Shown one piece after another: positions 1 through 10,413 of a DNA stretch of 64,000 bases. The notes under the pieces were generated by a model. It made no database searches. It saw only the letters and a program-made list of their open reading frames with translations, and was not told the DNA's origin. Position numbers and translations under genes: made by a program. The DNA comes from a virus: the IMG/VR virus record IMGVR_UViG_3300042305_001986, positions 54,537-118,536 of that record, one strand, 5' to 3'. Positions within the stretch are counted from its first letter, which is position 1. Every line of letters begins with the position of its first letter.

Positions 1-1102
1 CAGTACTCAGAGAGGCAATTCTCGATTTGAGATAGAACTGAATGATTTTCTTGTCTTCGTCAAATAGTTCATCAGGATATGCATTTACCAATTTTTCATA
101 AATGATCGGTCCGACTCTCATATCCCAAATTTCATCTGGTAAAGTGTCTGCAACCCCCATAACCATTTCTGCCGATCTTGGATCGTCAGGTAAACCCTGA
201 GTCATAACCAAATCGTTCACACCTTTAAGTAATTCATGAATTAAAAGTGGAAACCATGTGGCCTGTGCTTTTACGGTTGGAGGATCTGTAGTTTCGTCAA
301 CTTCCTCTTTACCCATCATTCCTTCACCACTACCTGCCATATTCAACATTTGTTGGTTAGGCATAATCCAATATAGATAGTCAGCATATGACATTATAAC
401 ACCATATAATCTTACCAAATCAGGATTCAATCTATCTAATTCTGGAACTACAAGTTGATACATGTAGTGACCTTTTTTTGCACCACCCTGAATCAACGCA
501 TTTAAAATTCTTCTTTTTGCGGTTTCCGCGTTAAAATTCTCCATAGAATTCATAAATGACATAAAGTCATCTTGAAAATCTTCTTCTTCGTCCTCTTCAC
601 CTCCGAATTGTTTTTCAATTTCATCCTCATCGTACTCTTCTGGTTTAGAACTCATACCTTGTTTTGAAATTTCACCGGGACTAACTAAGTCCGCTTCAAA
701 ATTTACTTGATCTGTAATACCGGTCTCCTTCTTTACTAAATCAATTGCTAAATTTTCCAAATATTCTTTGTGACTAGATTGAATCTGTAGAATTCTATTC
801 GATGCACCCATAACCAAAGTCTGTAACTGCATCATACCATTCATTCCCGATAAATTTCTTACACCTGTAAGACGTTTCAAGTTTTCGATAACATCCTTAA
901 ATCTTTTACTCGCAATAATTTGTTCGAAAGAATCAGGTATTCCATCGTTATTTTTATCGGGAAGTGCGGGATTTTTACTATAAGGTGTTTCCCCCCTGTT
1001 AAAAAGATCTTCCAAAGAAGGATCCATTCTTTCAGGACCATCATATCTTATCGGAGCCTCTAATAAAGCCTTTCTTACTGTATTTTTTAAATCCTGTCTC
1101 AT
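1..1102 (-). CDS. Hypothetical late/virion protein, 3' end beyond window start
   Basis: Not in ORF track; ATG at 1102 overlaps the upstream stop (TAATG); open frame MRQDLKNTVRKALLEAPIRYDGPERM... runs to position 1. Confidence 0.75.
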   Translation of the reverse strand, partial: MRQDLKNTVRKALLEAPIRYDGPERMDPSLEDLFNRGETPYSKNPALPDKNNDGIPDSFEQIIASKRFKDVIENLKRLTGVRNLSGMNGMMQLQTLVMGASNRILQIQSSHKEYLENLAIDLVKKETGITDQVNFEADLVSPGEISKQGMSSKPEEYDEDEIEKQFGGEEDEEEDFQDDFMSFMNSMENFNAETAKRRILNALIQGGAKKGHYMYQLVVPELDRLNPDLVRLYGVIMSYADYLYWIMPNQQMLNMAGSGEGMMGKEEVDETTDPPTVKAQATWFPLLIHELLKGVNDLVMTQGLPDDPRSAEMVMGVADTLPDEIWDMRVGPIIYEKLVNAYPDELFDEDKKIIQFYLKSRIASLST

Positions 1103-2091
1103 TATTTCTCCGCCTTTGGTTTTGGTTTATGCTTTGGTTGAAATGGAGTTTTTCTTTCAGGTTTGGATGGTGCGACATCTGGTTTAACAGGCGCCGGTTT
1201 TGTAAATGGTTCAGATTCAAAAATTTCTGAATAACTCATCCAATCAGGTAATTCTTTTCCTGCCTTTGGTTTTGGTTTGTGTTTTGGTTGGAAAGGTGTT
1301 TTTCTTTCAGGTCTCGACGGAACAACACCAGGTTCCTTTACAGGTGCGGGTTTTGTTAAAGGTGCTTCATTAACTAATTTAACTAAGTCACCTTTGGTAA
1401 TACTCGCAGGAATATGTTTTTTAACAATTTTCATTACACTTTCCTCCAAAGATTTGAGATTATCTTCTTTCACTTTTTCGGGTAGTTTTTTGAAGTTAGT
1501 GTGTTGAGCAAATTCGTCAGCCATATTACACCATTTATTTCTTTCTTTTTTACTTAATGATTCATCGTTACATTTGGCAAAAAAGTATTTTTGTTGTGAT
1601 TTGCTTTGAAATTTTTCTTCAATTTCACCCTTTTCACCATTTGATTTTTTTGATTTAATGATGTCTAACATAAGATCAATTTCTTCATCAGATAACTCAT
1701 TCATCATTGATCTATTATTGTCCGAATCATCATCCATACCATCAGGTGCCATGTCGTCAGCATCATGTGGTCCTTGTTGACCTGTATAATCTTGTCTTGT
1801 GAGAGCAGTCAAATCATCCTGATTTTCTTTCATTTCACCCTCACCCGAAACAACAGTCAAAGATCCATCTTGACCTGGAACAACTTCACCATTATTCACA
1901 GCCAATCCTGTTCCTTTATTTTTCATAGCTTCAACTTCCCCTTTTGTATAAGTTGTTTTTTTCACAACAGAAGTTTGAGCTTCATTCAATATTTTTTTTG
2001 CCAAAATATTTCTTTGGTTTTCACTTAAAGAACGAATTGTTTTGATTGAAAAACCTTCATCAAGTAAGACTTTGATATTTTTTTTGTTCAT
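1102..2091 (-). CDS. Hypothetical virion/head-internal protein with duplicated Pro/Lys-rich C-terminal motif
   Basis: 329-aa ORF; two copies of TKPAPVK...PERKTPFQPKHKPKPKA; several (I/L/V)xE motifs. Confidence 0.7.
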   Translation of the reverse strand: MNKKNIKVLLDEGFSIKTIRSLSENQRNILAKKILNEAQTSVVKKTTYTKGEVEAMKNKGTGLAVNNGEVVPGQDGSLTVVSGEGEMKENQDDLTALTRQDYTGQQGPHDADDMAPDGMDDDSDNNRSMMNELSDEEIDLMLDIIKSKKSNGEKGEIEEKFQSKSQQKYFFAKCNDESLSKKERNKWCNMADEFAQHTNFKKLPEKVKEDNLKSLEESVMKIVKKHIPASITKGDLVKLVNEAPLTKPAPVKEPGVVPSRPERKTPFQPKHKPKPKAGKELPDWMSYSEIFESEPFTKPAPVKPDVAPSKPERKTPFQPKHKPKPKAEK

Positions 2092-2483
2092 GGTGTTTGT
2101 AATATTTTTTCCTCTGAAAGAACTATATCTCTTTCGTAAAATTTATCCTTTATTATAGAAATATCATCTCCAAATCTAAAGACCAATCTTTGGTTTCCTT
2201 CATATCCCGAATCTTCAGATTCCCAAGCCAAAGAAATGACACCATCAACGGCATCGTACATATTGAAGTAATCAGAATTACGAACAAGTTCCAACTTGAT
2301 GTCGGAACTGCTCAGTTTTAAAACACAATGAATGAACTCCAATAGGGGAGGAAATGGTCTCCCTGAGGCGGGACTTACATCCCAATCTTCACCGTAGACC
2401 TCTTCGTTTTTTGAGAAAATAAATTCGTATGTGTTATTTCCTTTATAGTCAGGTCCAAGTTCATTCACATAAACGAGTTTCAT
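2088..2483 (-). CDS. Hypothetical phage protein
   Basis: 131-aa ORF overlapping both neighbours by 4 nt. Confidence 0.7.
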   Translation of the reverse strand: MKLVYVNELGPDYKGNNTYEFIFSKNEEVYGEDWDVSPASGRPFPPLLEFIHCVLKLSSSDIKLELVRNSDYFNMYDAVDGVISLAWESEDSGYEGNQRLVFRFGDDISIIKDKFYERDIVLSEEKILQTP

Positions 2484-3724
2484 TCCAAAAATCCTTTTTG
2501 ATTAATTTTGAATTCTTCACCATTAATCTTGACAACGATATTTTTCTTGTTTGTTCTTCCGATTAACTCAACCTCTTTGAATTCCTTGATGATTTTTTTG
2601 GAAGCAACTTCTTGTTCATATGTTGTAGCCATTTTGTTGACTGACTCAATCATAAGTTGTTTCTTTTTTTCGTTTTTGATTTTGGTTTCCTGAATAACGG
2701 ATTCACTCAAGTATTTGTTAATAGTTTTTTCAACCTTCGATTCTGCAAATATTGAATCCATAATCTTATCTAAGTCACTTTTTGGTTTCTCCATCATATA
2801 ATCACCGCCCTCACCTAGCTCCTCTGTTTTTTCAGGAGATTCTGGTGTTTCTTCAGTACCCATTTCCATATCTAATTCCATATCCATTCCACCCCCATCT
2901 TCATCCGCGGTAACGTCAACAGATGTATCCTCCAAACCATAATCAATTTCACCCTCCAATCTTTCAATAACTTCATCTTTATCTTCTTCTTTGAATTTTT
3001 CTAAATCCATCGCCGAAAGAATCGAATTAATAACATATTTCATATTCGAAGAGTCCAACCCTTGGGTAGAATCCAATTCTCTTAATTTTTGAGAGAGTTT
3101 GCCTGTAATTTTTTGAATTGTTTTGAAGTCGGTTCCTTCTTCACCTGATGGTGTTTCCATTCCCATGTCAGGAGTTTTCTCTGTACCGGCGTCCATACCT
3201 AAATCGAAATCTAATTCGGATCCTGTGTCAGATCCTGCATCCATAGATGGTTCTGCCGGCATCTCCAAGTCAGTTTGAGCTTCTAATCCTGCGTCCATGC
3301 CAAGATCTGCAGATGGTTCATCATATGTTGGTTCAGGTGCGGATTTGGGTGTTTTTAAAACAAATTTCTTTTGTTCACCAAAAAGATTTGTTTCTTCATT
3401 CACACCTTGAGTATAGTTAACCTCACGAGCCAACAAATTCAATCTCTTAAGTGCTTGAGAATACGAATTATAATATCGTCTATTCTTCATAGGCTCAATG
3501 TATTCCTCAACACCTTCGTTGATAGATTTTTTTATAATATATCCAAGCTTTTCTTTGGCTATGACATACTTTACACCATCACTTAATGTTTTGGAATATT
3601 CCACGCTAGATACTTCGTTAACTACCTGCTTTGGAACTTCTTTATATCTTGCGATCTCCAAGATTCTTCTGATTTTTTCATCCCCTTGAAGTCTTTCGCT
3701 TCCTAATGGTCTCAAATCTGACAT
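2480..3724 (-). CDS. Acidic hypothetical protein, prohead core/scaffold-like
   Basis: 414-aa ORF with low-complexity D/E/M-rich middle and KIRRILEIARYKE near N-terminus; function inferred. Confidence 0.6.
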   Translation of the reverse strand: MSDLRPLGSERLQGDEKIRRILEIARYKEVPKQVVNEVSSVEYSKTLSDGVKYVIAKEKLGYIIKKSINEGVEEYIEPMKNRRYYNSYSQALKRLNLLAREVNYTQGVNEETNLFGEQKKFVLKTPKSAPEPTYDEPSADLGMDAGLEAQTDLEMPAEPSMDAGSDTGSELDFDLGMDAGTEKTPDMGMETPSGEEGTDFKTIQKITGKLSQKLRELDSTQGLDSSNMKYVINSILSAMDLEKFKEEDKDEVIERLEGEIDYGLEDTSVDVTADEDGGGMDMELDMEMGTEETPESPEKTEELGEGGDYMMEKPKSDLDKIMDSIFAESKVEKTINKYLSESVIQETKIKNEKKKQLMIESVNKMATTYEQEVASKKIIKEFKEVELIGRTNKKNIVVKINGEEFKINQKGFLE

Positions 3725-3749
3725 TTGTATTTTTTGTTAATTTTTAATT

Positions 3750-3935
3750 TTATGAATTTAACCCTCGAAAACCTCCAAGAGTAACGGCGTTACATTGATA
3801 TGCAATTTCTGTTGTATTATCTCCCTCTGTCCATAATGGAGTAGGAATTGAGTAGAAAGGAGCTGCGTCATTTCTTGCCACACTTATTCTGTTTACGTTA
3901 GCGTAGTTTGATTGAGTACAAGCGGTTATTGCCAT
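3750..3935 (-). CDS. Small hypothetical late protein
   Basis: 61-aa ORF preceded by TATTTAT on the coding strand. Confidence 0.6.
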   Translation of the reverse strand: MAITACTQSNYANVNRISVARNDAAPFYSIPTPLWTEGDNTTEIAYQCNAVTLGGFRGLNS

Positions 3936-3973
3936 TATAGTTTTTTATAAATAAATATAGAGATAAATACAAA

Positions 3974-4732
3974 TTATCTTTTTTTCCTACTATGTGATTC
4001 TAAAGAAAGTGTTTTGTCTATAATTTTATTTTTAGCATCAAATAGTTTTTGAATATATCCAGCCCTCCTCATATATTTAAAAACGAGGTTTTCATATGAT
4101 TTTTCCCCACCTTTGAGTAATCCTGCGGATCTATATTTTTTCAATTTATCTTTAAAATTATCCAATATTTCTATAGCTTTTTTGGGTTCCTCGTCATTTA
4201 AATTCAAAAATACGTCATCAAATTGTGAAATAACATTCTTAATTTTTCTCTTTAAAATATCTTTGTCAATCTGTGTTTCTTCTTTTTTGGGTATTTCAAC
4301 CCAATCATTATGTAAGATACTGTATACACCAGAAGAATGATGAGGCTCCAATATATCTTGGATATAAACTTCCACATCATGTCCATAAATTGTAATATCA
4401 TGAGTGCTGTTAAATAATGTTTTTTTGAGATTAAAATATTCTTTATATAATTCTTCGTTTCCTTCCAATTGTTTAAAATCTAAAATAAAATGTAAATCAA
4501 CATCTGATAAATCAGACCAGTTGAAATTTGCTAAGGATCCTGTCATTGTGATATCAGACAAAAATATATCAAGATCTAAATATTCAAAAAACTCTTCACT
4601 AATTTTCATGAGTTGTTTTTTGATATTTTCTTTCAAAGTTGAATTATCAGGTGTTTGAGGATTGTCCCAAAACTTGGGATTCAACTCATCCTTATATAAC
4701 AAGGTGTCAACAACCTGATTAATTGAATTCAT
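3974..4732 (-). CDS. Pol-beta superfamily nucleotidyltransferase
   Basis: TGSLANFNWSDLSDVDLH = GS...DxD motif, third acidic residue around DVEVY. Confidence 0.75.
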   Translation of the reverse strand: MNSINQVVDTLLYKDELNPKFWDNPQTPDNSTLKENIKKQLMKISEEFFEYLDLDIFLSDITMTGSLANFNWSDLSDVDLHFILDFKQLEGNEELYKEYFNLKKTLFNSTHDITIYGHDVEVYIQDILEPHHSSGVYSILHNDWVEIPKKEETQIDKDILKRKIKNVISQFDDVFLNLNDEEPKKAIEILDNFKDKLKKYRSAGLLKGGEKSYENLVFKYMRRAGYIQKLFDAKNKIIDKTLSLESHSRKKR

Positions 4733-4971
4733 TTTTTAGTATATTTGAAAGTTTTGGCGATTTCTTTATTAAAAAACGATCCTTGTGATTCTGCCATTCT
4801 AAATTTTGTATAAATTTGATGTGGAACCTCTTCATAAGAATACACCAATCCATTTTTAAATGTCACCTCAAGGTTTTGAGTTTTGGTGTCATAAATTGTT
4901 TGATTGATGTTTGAGGATTCAATCTCATTTAAAATCCTTGTTCCTTCTATTTTTTCAGATATTATTGCCAT
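4729..4971 (-). CDS. KTSC domain protein
   Basis: SSNI..YD....LEVTFKNG.VY.Y..VP...Y..F..AESQGSFFN..I matches KTSC consensus. Confidence 0.85.
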   Translation of the reverse strand: MAIISEKIEGTRILNEIESSNINQTIYDTKTQNLEVTFKNGLVYSYEEVPHQIYTKFRMAESQGSFFNKEIAKTFKYTKK

Positions 4972-5257
4972 TTTTGAAAGGTATTTCTTCTTCTATTATA
5001 TTGAATTTTGAATAAATATGCTCAAAAAATTTGTTATCGGAAATATCAAACCCATTATTTTGGATAATATTTTTAAAATTTAAAATTTCGTCCTGAATTT
5101 TGTTCAGTTGATTTCTTAATACTTCAGTATTATCTGACTCGGATGTCAGATCCACACCTTTCTCACAAAGGTCATTAAACAAAGTCCTGAAGTTTCTATA
5201 TTCGGAAAGAAGGACCGAGTCGTCCGTTGTAGAAGATAAATAATCGTTAATATTCAT
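4955..5257 (-). CDS. Hypothetical protein
   Basis: 100-aa ORF with TATTTAT just upstream of ATG. Confidence 0.6.
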   Translation of the reverse strand: MNINDYLSSTTDDSVLLSEYRNFRTLFNDLCEKGVDLTSESDNTEVLRNQLNKIQDEILNFKNIIQNNGFDISDNKFFEHIYSKFNIIEEEIPFKNGNNI

Positions 5258-5281
5258 GATTATAAATATATCAAGAATTAA

Positions 5282-5306
5282 AAACCCCTCCGTGAGGGAG
5301 GGGTTT
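5282..5306 (-). terminator. Intrinsic terminator after the UVR-motif gene
   Basis: AAACCCCTCC-GTGAG-GGAGGGGTTT hairpin with U-tract on minus strand. Confidence 0.65.
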
Positions 5307-5311
5307 CAATT

Positions 5312-5749
5312 TTACGATTTCAACTTTTTTATTTCATCCCTATATTTTATCGCCGATTCGAAATCTTGTTTGGTTACAGAATTATTCAATTTTGTTTCTA
5401 ACTCTTTGATTTTTTCTTTGTTGGATTCAATAGATTTTATTTTATCCCTCAACTTAGCCGCGGTTTCATAATCTTGTTTTTCAACAGCACTTTCAAGTTG
5501 TTTTTTGAGATCCCATCTTTCACCTGAAGGTTTACTGTTATCATCAGATGTTTTATATATTGTAGTCACCTGAAATGATCCGTCTTCTGATACAAATGAT
5601 TCTTTGGTCCAAGATCCATTTTCATCATCTCCCGATTCCACGTTCCTTTTACCTCTGATCATATAAGGTGAAGTAAATGAACCGAAATCTTCAAACAAAG
5701 AATCAAATTCAGAAAACAAATTGTTAAAGTTAATTTTTTTACGTAACAT
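5312..5749 (-). CDS. UvrB/UvrC (UVR) motif protein, candidate ClpC adaptor
   Basis: Two UVR motifs (LESAVEKQDYETAAKLRDKIK; LNNSVTKQDFESAIKYRDEIK); divergent from clpC. Confidence 0.75.
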   Translation of the reverse strand: MLRKKINFNNLFSEFDSLFEDFGSFTSPYMIRGKRNVESGDDENGSWTKESFVSEDGSFQVTTIYKTSDDNSKPSGERWDLKKQLESAVEKQDYETAAKLRDKIKSIESNKEKIKELETKLNNSVTKQDFESAIKYRDEIKKLKS

Positions 5750-5818
5750 TTTATTATTTTTTTATTAGTTTATTTCTGAAAATCACTACTTATCAAATTT
5801 GTGCCAAACTTCACAAAC

Positions 5819-5860
5819 TGACAAAATGTCATACAAATAAAAAAAACCTGACAAAATTAC
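5819..5860. promoter_or_regulatory. Putative operator between the UVR gene and clpC
   Basis: Palindrome TGACA-AAA-TGTCA (5819-5831) and partial repeat CTGACAAAATTAC (5848-5860). Confidence 0.45.
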
Positions 5861-5907
5861 AAATATTGATTTTTTCATGAAAAACATATATTCTTAAAAT
5901 AAAAAAA

Positions 5908-7926
5908 ATGATTGAAGATATCGACCCAAGCGAATCCAAAAAGGAAAGAAAACCAAAACAAAATCCAAACTCAAAAACCCCTGTATTAGATAATTTCTCA
6001 AGAGATTTATCCAAACTTGCGGAAGTTGGAGCCTTGGATCCTGTTGTAGGAAGAGATGAAGAAATTTTACGGATTGCACAAATTCTTTCAAGAAGAAAGA
6101 AAAACAATCCAATTATAATTGGTGAGCCCGGTTGTGGTAAAACCGCCATAGTTGAGGGTCTTGCTCAAAAGATTTTTGAAGGGGATTGTCCAAGAAACTT
6201 ATGTGACAAAAGAATCGTTTCTTTGGATATGACATCCATAGTTGCAGGAACAAAATACAGAGGACAATTTGAAGAGAGATTAAAGGTGATCTTGGAGGAA
6301 CTTCAGGAAACCAAAGAAGTTATCGTATTCATCGACGAGATACATAACATCGTGGGCGCGGGAAATAGTTCGGGATCTTTGGATGCTTCCAATATCTTTA
6401 AACCTGCTTTAGCTCGTGGTGAAATTCAATGTATAGGAGCTACGACATTAGATGAATATAGACAAAATATTGAAAAAGACGGAGCGTTAGAAAGGAGATT
6501 CCAAAAGGTTGTTGTTGAACCACCATCAGTGAAAGAAACGATTCAGATTCTCATGAATATCAAAGACAAATATGAGGATTTCCATAAAGTAATATATCAC
6601 GATGACGCAATAACCGCCTGTGTTCGTTTGGCGGACAGATATATTACAAATAGAGAATTTCCTGATAAGGCAATTGATATTTTGGATGAACTTGGTGCTA
6701 GAAGTCAGGTAACAACAAAACTTCCCGAGTCCATTGAAAAATTAAAAGAAGAAGCTGCGGATATCAAAAAACTAAAACTTGAAGTGGTTAAGGCTCAAAG
6801 ATATGAAGAAGCCGCAAATTTGAGGGATAGAGAGAAAAAAGTCTTGAAAGAACTTGAAGACCAAAAGAACAAGTTTGAAAAAGAACAAAACACAATAAGA
6901 AAAGAGATATCTGAAGATATGGTATATGATGTCGTTGCATCAATCACCAAGATACCAGTATCAAAATTATCGGCTGATGATGTTGACGCTCTGATAAACT
7001 TGGAAAATAATCTCAACGAAAAGGTGATTGGTCAACATGATGCGGTTGAAAAGATTTCAAAAGCAATCAGAAGAAACCGTCTTGGAATCAAAGACCCAAA
7101 CAGACCGATTGGTTCATTCATTTTCTTGGGGTCTACAGGGGTTGGAAAAACATATCTAGCAAAACAACTTGCAAAACAAGTTTTTGGTGATGCAAATTCT
7201 TTGATCAGGGTTGATATGAGTGAATTCCAAGAAAAACATTCTCTCAGTAGATTGATTGGATCACCACCGGGTTATGTCGGATACAATGAAGGTGGACAAC
7301 TAACAGAACAAGTTAAAAATAAACCATATTCTGTTATTTTGTTTGATGAAGTTGAAAAGGCTAACAAAGACATATTCTCTTTGATGTTACAAATCTTGGA
7401 TGACGGATACATCACCGACTCCACAGGACGGCACATCAACTTCAAGAATACTTTGATCATTATGACTTCCAACTTGGGTGTTAAAAAATTGATGGAATTT
7501 GGAACAGGTGTTGGTTTCAATACAGCATCAAGAGCTGCAAACACAGAGGAAATAAAAAGGGATATTCTAAAAAAAGAAGTCAAAAATTACTTTTCACCTG
7601 AGTTTTTGAATCGTGTCGATGAGATCGTTCTCTTTAATTCTCTAAATGAAAACGACATTCACAAAATTATTGAGATCGAGTTTGTTCAACTCAAAGATAG
7701 ATTAGATGAACTTGGTTATTACATCAACTTCGATGATAGTATATACAAACATATCTCAAAAATTGGATATGATGAGGAATTCGGAGCACGACCCCTAAAA
7801 AGAGCAATACAAGAACAGATTGAAGATTTTATATCCGAAAATGTGTTAAGGAAAAATATAGTTCTTGATAAAAAATACGAACTATATATGAAAGAGGACA
7901 AAGTGACCTTAAGAAAAAAGAGATAA
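5908..7926 (+). CDS. clpC: ClpC-type AAA+ unfoldase lacking the N-terminal Clp-repeat domain
   Basis: Walker A GEPGCGKT and GSTGVGKT, Walker B FIDE and [34 protein letters not shown]-type M domain. Confidence 0.93.
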   Translation: MIEDIDPSESKKERKPKQNPNSKTPVLDNFSRDLSKLAEVGALDPVVGRDEEILRIAQILSRRKKNNPIIIGEPGCGKTAIVEGLAQKIFEGDCPRNLCDKRIVSLDMTSIVAGTKYRGQFEERLKVILEELQETKEVIVFIDEIHNIVGAGNSSGSLDASNIFKPALARGEIQCIGATTLDEYRQNIEKDGALERRFQKVVVEPPSVKETIQILMNIKDKYEDFHKVIYHDDAITACVRLADRYITNREFPDKAIDILDELGARSQVTTKLPESIEKLKEEAADIKKLKLEVVKAQRYEEAANLRDREKKVLKELEDQKNKFEKEQNTIRKEISEDMVYDVVASITKIPVSKLSADDVDALINLENNLNEKVIGQHDAVEKISKAIRRNRLGIKDPNRPIGSFIFLGSTGVGKTYLAKQLAKQVFGDANSLIRVDMSEFQEKHSLSRLIGSPPGYVGYNEGGQLTEQVKNKPYSVILFDEVEKANKDIFSLMLQILDDGYITDSTGRHINFKNTLIIMTSNLGVKKLMEFGTGVGFNTASRAANTEEIKRDILKKEVKNYFSPEFLNRVDEIVLFNSLNENDIHKIIEIEFVQLKDRLDELGYYINFDDSIYKHISKIGYDEEFGARPLKRAIQEQIEDFISENVLRKNIVLDKKYELYMKEDKVTLRKKR

Positions 7927-7954
7927 AAAAAAGTGGGAGAAATCCCACTTTTTT
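7927..7954. terminator. Bidirectional intrinsic terminator
   Basis: AAAAAAGTGGGA-GAAA-TCCCACTTTTTT between convergent genes. Confidence 0.75.
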
Positions 7955-7956
7955 CT

Positions 7957-8742
7957 TTAGATCCTTTCACATCCTAACTTATCGTAGATTTCAATACCTG
8001 TATTAACAGCATTCTCGACTTCCTCAACAATGATATATTCATTAGGTGTATGATACCTGTGATAACCACAAGATAGATTAATCATGTTGATGTGAGGGAA
8101 TAATTCCTTAAGGGCCTTCACATCAGTATAAGGATGTTTTTGTAACTTGAATTCAGGATTGAATGTTTCACTTAAGACGGGTTCCATACGAGTAAAGAAT
8201 TCAGAGTTACGGTCAAACAATTGGACACCTGAACAATATTCACTCACCATATAGTTCGAAGGAGCGTCAAACTGAACCACATATCCGACATCGGAGAAAA
8301 AGTAATTATCCGCTTCAGAGGATCCGATACATCCGACTTCTTCGGACACAAAAAAGGCAATCTTGACGTTATCCAAAGATTCGAGTAACTTCAAACACAC
8401 ATAAATACCACACTTGTCATCACCACCAATACCGACATGTTGATCATTAAACATGGAGTACCCCTGCAAAGCAAGTTTCATCTCTCCATTATCATTTGGT
8501 AACATCTTTTCTACAACTCGGATAGGGGTCATAGAATGTACAGTATCGAGGTGGGATACAAAACAAGGATAATATTCTGCAATACCTTTGGTTACATAGA
8601 TATTTGATAAATCATCCGTGTAAAATTCATATCCTCTGCTATACAAAAAATCCGTGATGAAACTCACCATCAGATCTTCTTGATAAGTTTTAGATGGGAC
8701 ACTGAGTAGTGTTTTGAAAAAATCTAAATCTTGTTGTTTCAT
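7957..8742 (-). CDS. M20/M28-family zinc metallopeptidase-like hydrolase
   Basis: SHLDTV, GGDDKCG, SEEVG, FD and YHT metal-ligand motifs. Confidence 0.8.
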   Translation of the reverse strand: MKQQDLDFFKTLLSVPSKTYQEDLMVSFITDFLYSRGYEFYTDDLSNIYVTKGIAEYYPCFVSHLDTVHSMTPIRVVEKMLPNDNGEMKLALQGYSMFNDQHVGIGGDDKCGIYVCLKLLESLDNVKIAFFVSEEVGCIGSSEADNYFFSDVGYVVQFDAPSNYMVSEYCSGVQLFDRNSEFFTRMEPVLSETFNPEFKLQKHPYTDVKALKELFPHINMINLSCGYHRYHTPNEYIIVEEVENAVNTGIEIYDKLGCERI

Positions 8743-8828
8743 TATACAAATATATCAAAAAAAATCTATTTATTAACAAACTTGTAGAATATTTTTTTGA
8801 AAATTTGATTTTATCTAAAAAGAATATG

Positions 8829-8849
8829 TATATTTGTAGTGTTCTTTGA
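8829..8849 (+). promoter_or_regulatory. Bacteroidetes-type -7 promoter element plus boxA-like site upstream of tmRNA
   Basis: TATATTTG (8829-8836) then GTTCTTTGA (8841-8849). Confidence 0.65.
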
Positions 8850-8855
8850 TATTAT

Positions 8856-9245
8856 GGGGGCGATTTTGGATTTGACCGGTATGGTCAGGCACAGAGTGCA
8901 CGTAGTGAGATGAGATCTATCACTTTAATCTACGGTTTCAAAAACAACTGGCGAAACTTTCGCAAAACTTCAGTCTATTGGTTTGATCCAAACTGAAGAG
9001 GTTTACGCAGCCTAAGGCTCCGAAAACCTACGGGTCGGTCAGGACATATACCTATGAACAGAAGTCCACTGAAGGTTGGTTACCTTAATAACCAAAGGTT
9101 GTAGTACATCTTAAAGTATTACCACCGTGGCTGAACGGTGTGAGAATTCAGATATTTCGGATTATTGTGAATTAATAATGACCTAAACGTGTAGTACTCT
9201 CTGTTTGAGATACTAGGGACGGCGGTTCGAGTCCGCCCGCCTTCA
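8856..9245 (+). ncRNA. ssrA: tmRNA; tag ORF 8950-9015 GETFAKLQSIGLIQTEEVYAA*
   Basis: 5' GGGGGCG...GGATTTGAC and 3' GAC-GGCGG-TTCGAGT-CCGCC-CGCCTTC-A form an Ala-like acceptor with G3.U70; internal ORF ends YAA-stop. Confidence 0.92.
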
Positions 9246-9268
9246 CTAAATAAACTTAATTTTCAAAA

Positions 9269-9589
9269 ATGAAAAAAATTCTTTACATTCTCCTGTCAGT
9301 AACATTCTTAACTTCTTGCGTCGGAATTAAAAACACCGTAAATCGAGCACGTGTTGAAAAAGGTGAATCTTTTATCAAGTACGGTGTTGATGGACACCCT
9401 GATGGGATTGAGGTTTTAAAAGGAAGTGAATGTTTAAAGACAGATGCAGAGATTCGTCGATTTAACAGAAAATGGGAGAAACAAGAACGTCGACTTGAAA
9501 AAGAAAAAAACAAAGAACTGAATAAAATAAAAAGAAAAATAAAAAGAGTAACTAGACAAACCACAAGACAATTCAAAAAATCGGAATAA
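9269..9589 (+). CDS. Lipoprotein, paralog of 10414-10743
   Basis: Signal peptide with LTSC lipobox; near-identical N-terminal two thirds to 10414 gene. Confidence 0.75.
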   Translation: MKKILYILLSVTFLTSCVGIKNTVNRARVEKGESFIKYGVDGHPDGIEVLKGSECLKTDAEIRRFNRKWEKQERRLEKEKNKELNKIKRKIKRVTRQTTRQFKKSE

Positions 9590-9659
9590 CAAGTAACTGT
9601 ATTGTCAAACATTAATTTTATTATTTTGATGACTGTAAGTTCCTTCATTTATTTAAAAT

Positions 9660-10184
9660 ATGAAAAATTTAATCTGCCTTTTTTTTCTGTTGACACCAAT
9701 ATGTGTCTTTTCTCAATCTCAATCAGATATTGATTCTGTAAATTACTACTTCAATATTTTACTCAATCATGATAGAGACAGTATTCGCCTTCATCAGAGG
9801 TCTGATTTAAATAAAGTTACTATTGAGACAGATGTCACGAAATTTATTAATCCCCTTGAACACCTGGATAGATGTGTTGATGATCTTATGTACACAGGAA
9901 GTTACTTTCCTCACACAACAACAAATATTGAAAACTTTTTAGCAACATATAGTCCTTATGATTTTTCAAGTCAGTATGTTGACCCGAAACAGATTGCTTA
10001 TGAATTTTTTACTCGTTGGAAAAACTCACCAAAAGGTCACTATTATGTCATGATAAGTGATAAAAAATGGTCCAAACGAGATGATTGGGATTATCAAACT
10101 TTTATCGTACTATATAAAATGAAATATGATCCTGCAGCAAGAAACAAATGGGTCTTATGCGCGACTTTTACTGTGTTCGAATAA
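9660..10184 (+). CDS. Secreted CAP/SCP-like protein (divergent)
   Basis: Sec signal (VFSQ); ENFL...IAYEFFTRWKNSPKGHYYVM resembles CAP W.NS.GH motif. Confidence 0.55.
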   Translation: MKNLICLFFLLTPICVFSQSQSDIDSVNYYFNILLNHDRDSIRLHQRSDLNKVTIETDVTKFINPLEHLDRCVDDLMYTGSYFPHTTTNIENFLATYSPYDFSSQYVDPKQIAYEFFTRWKNSPKGHYYVMISDKKWSKRDDWDYQTFIVLYKMKYDPAARNKWVLCATFTVFE

Positions 10185-10413
10185 ATCAACCTAATTACCA
10201 ATGAGCCGTACACATTTCGTATTTACCAAAAAATAAATTAGGTACATGTATATTCTATTCAATCGAGTCTATTTTTTGATTTCTTCTCTTTGAATGAGTA
10301 ATGGAATAATTTTGGGTTTATTACTGAATCTATAAATTTTTTGATTGTCAACGTCTTGATTTGGAATAGTAGATAATATTCACTATATTTGTGAAACGAA
10401 TGAACTCATAAAA

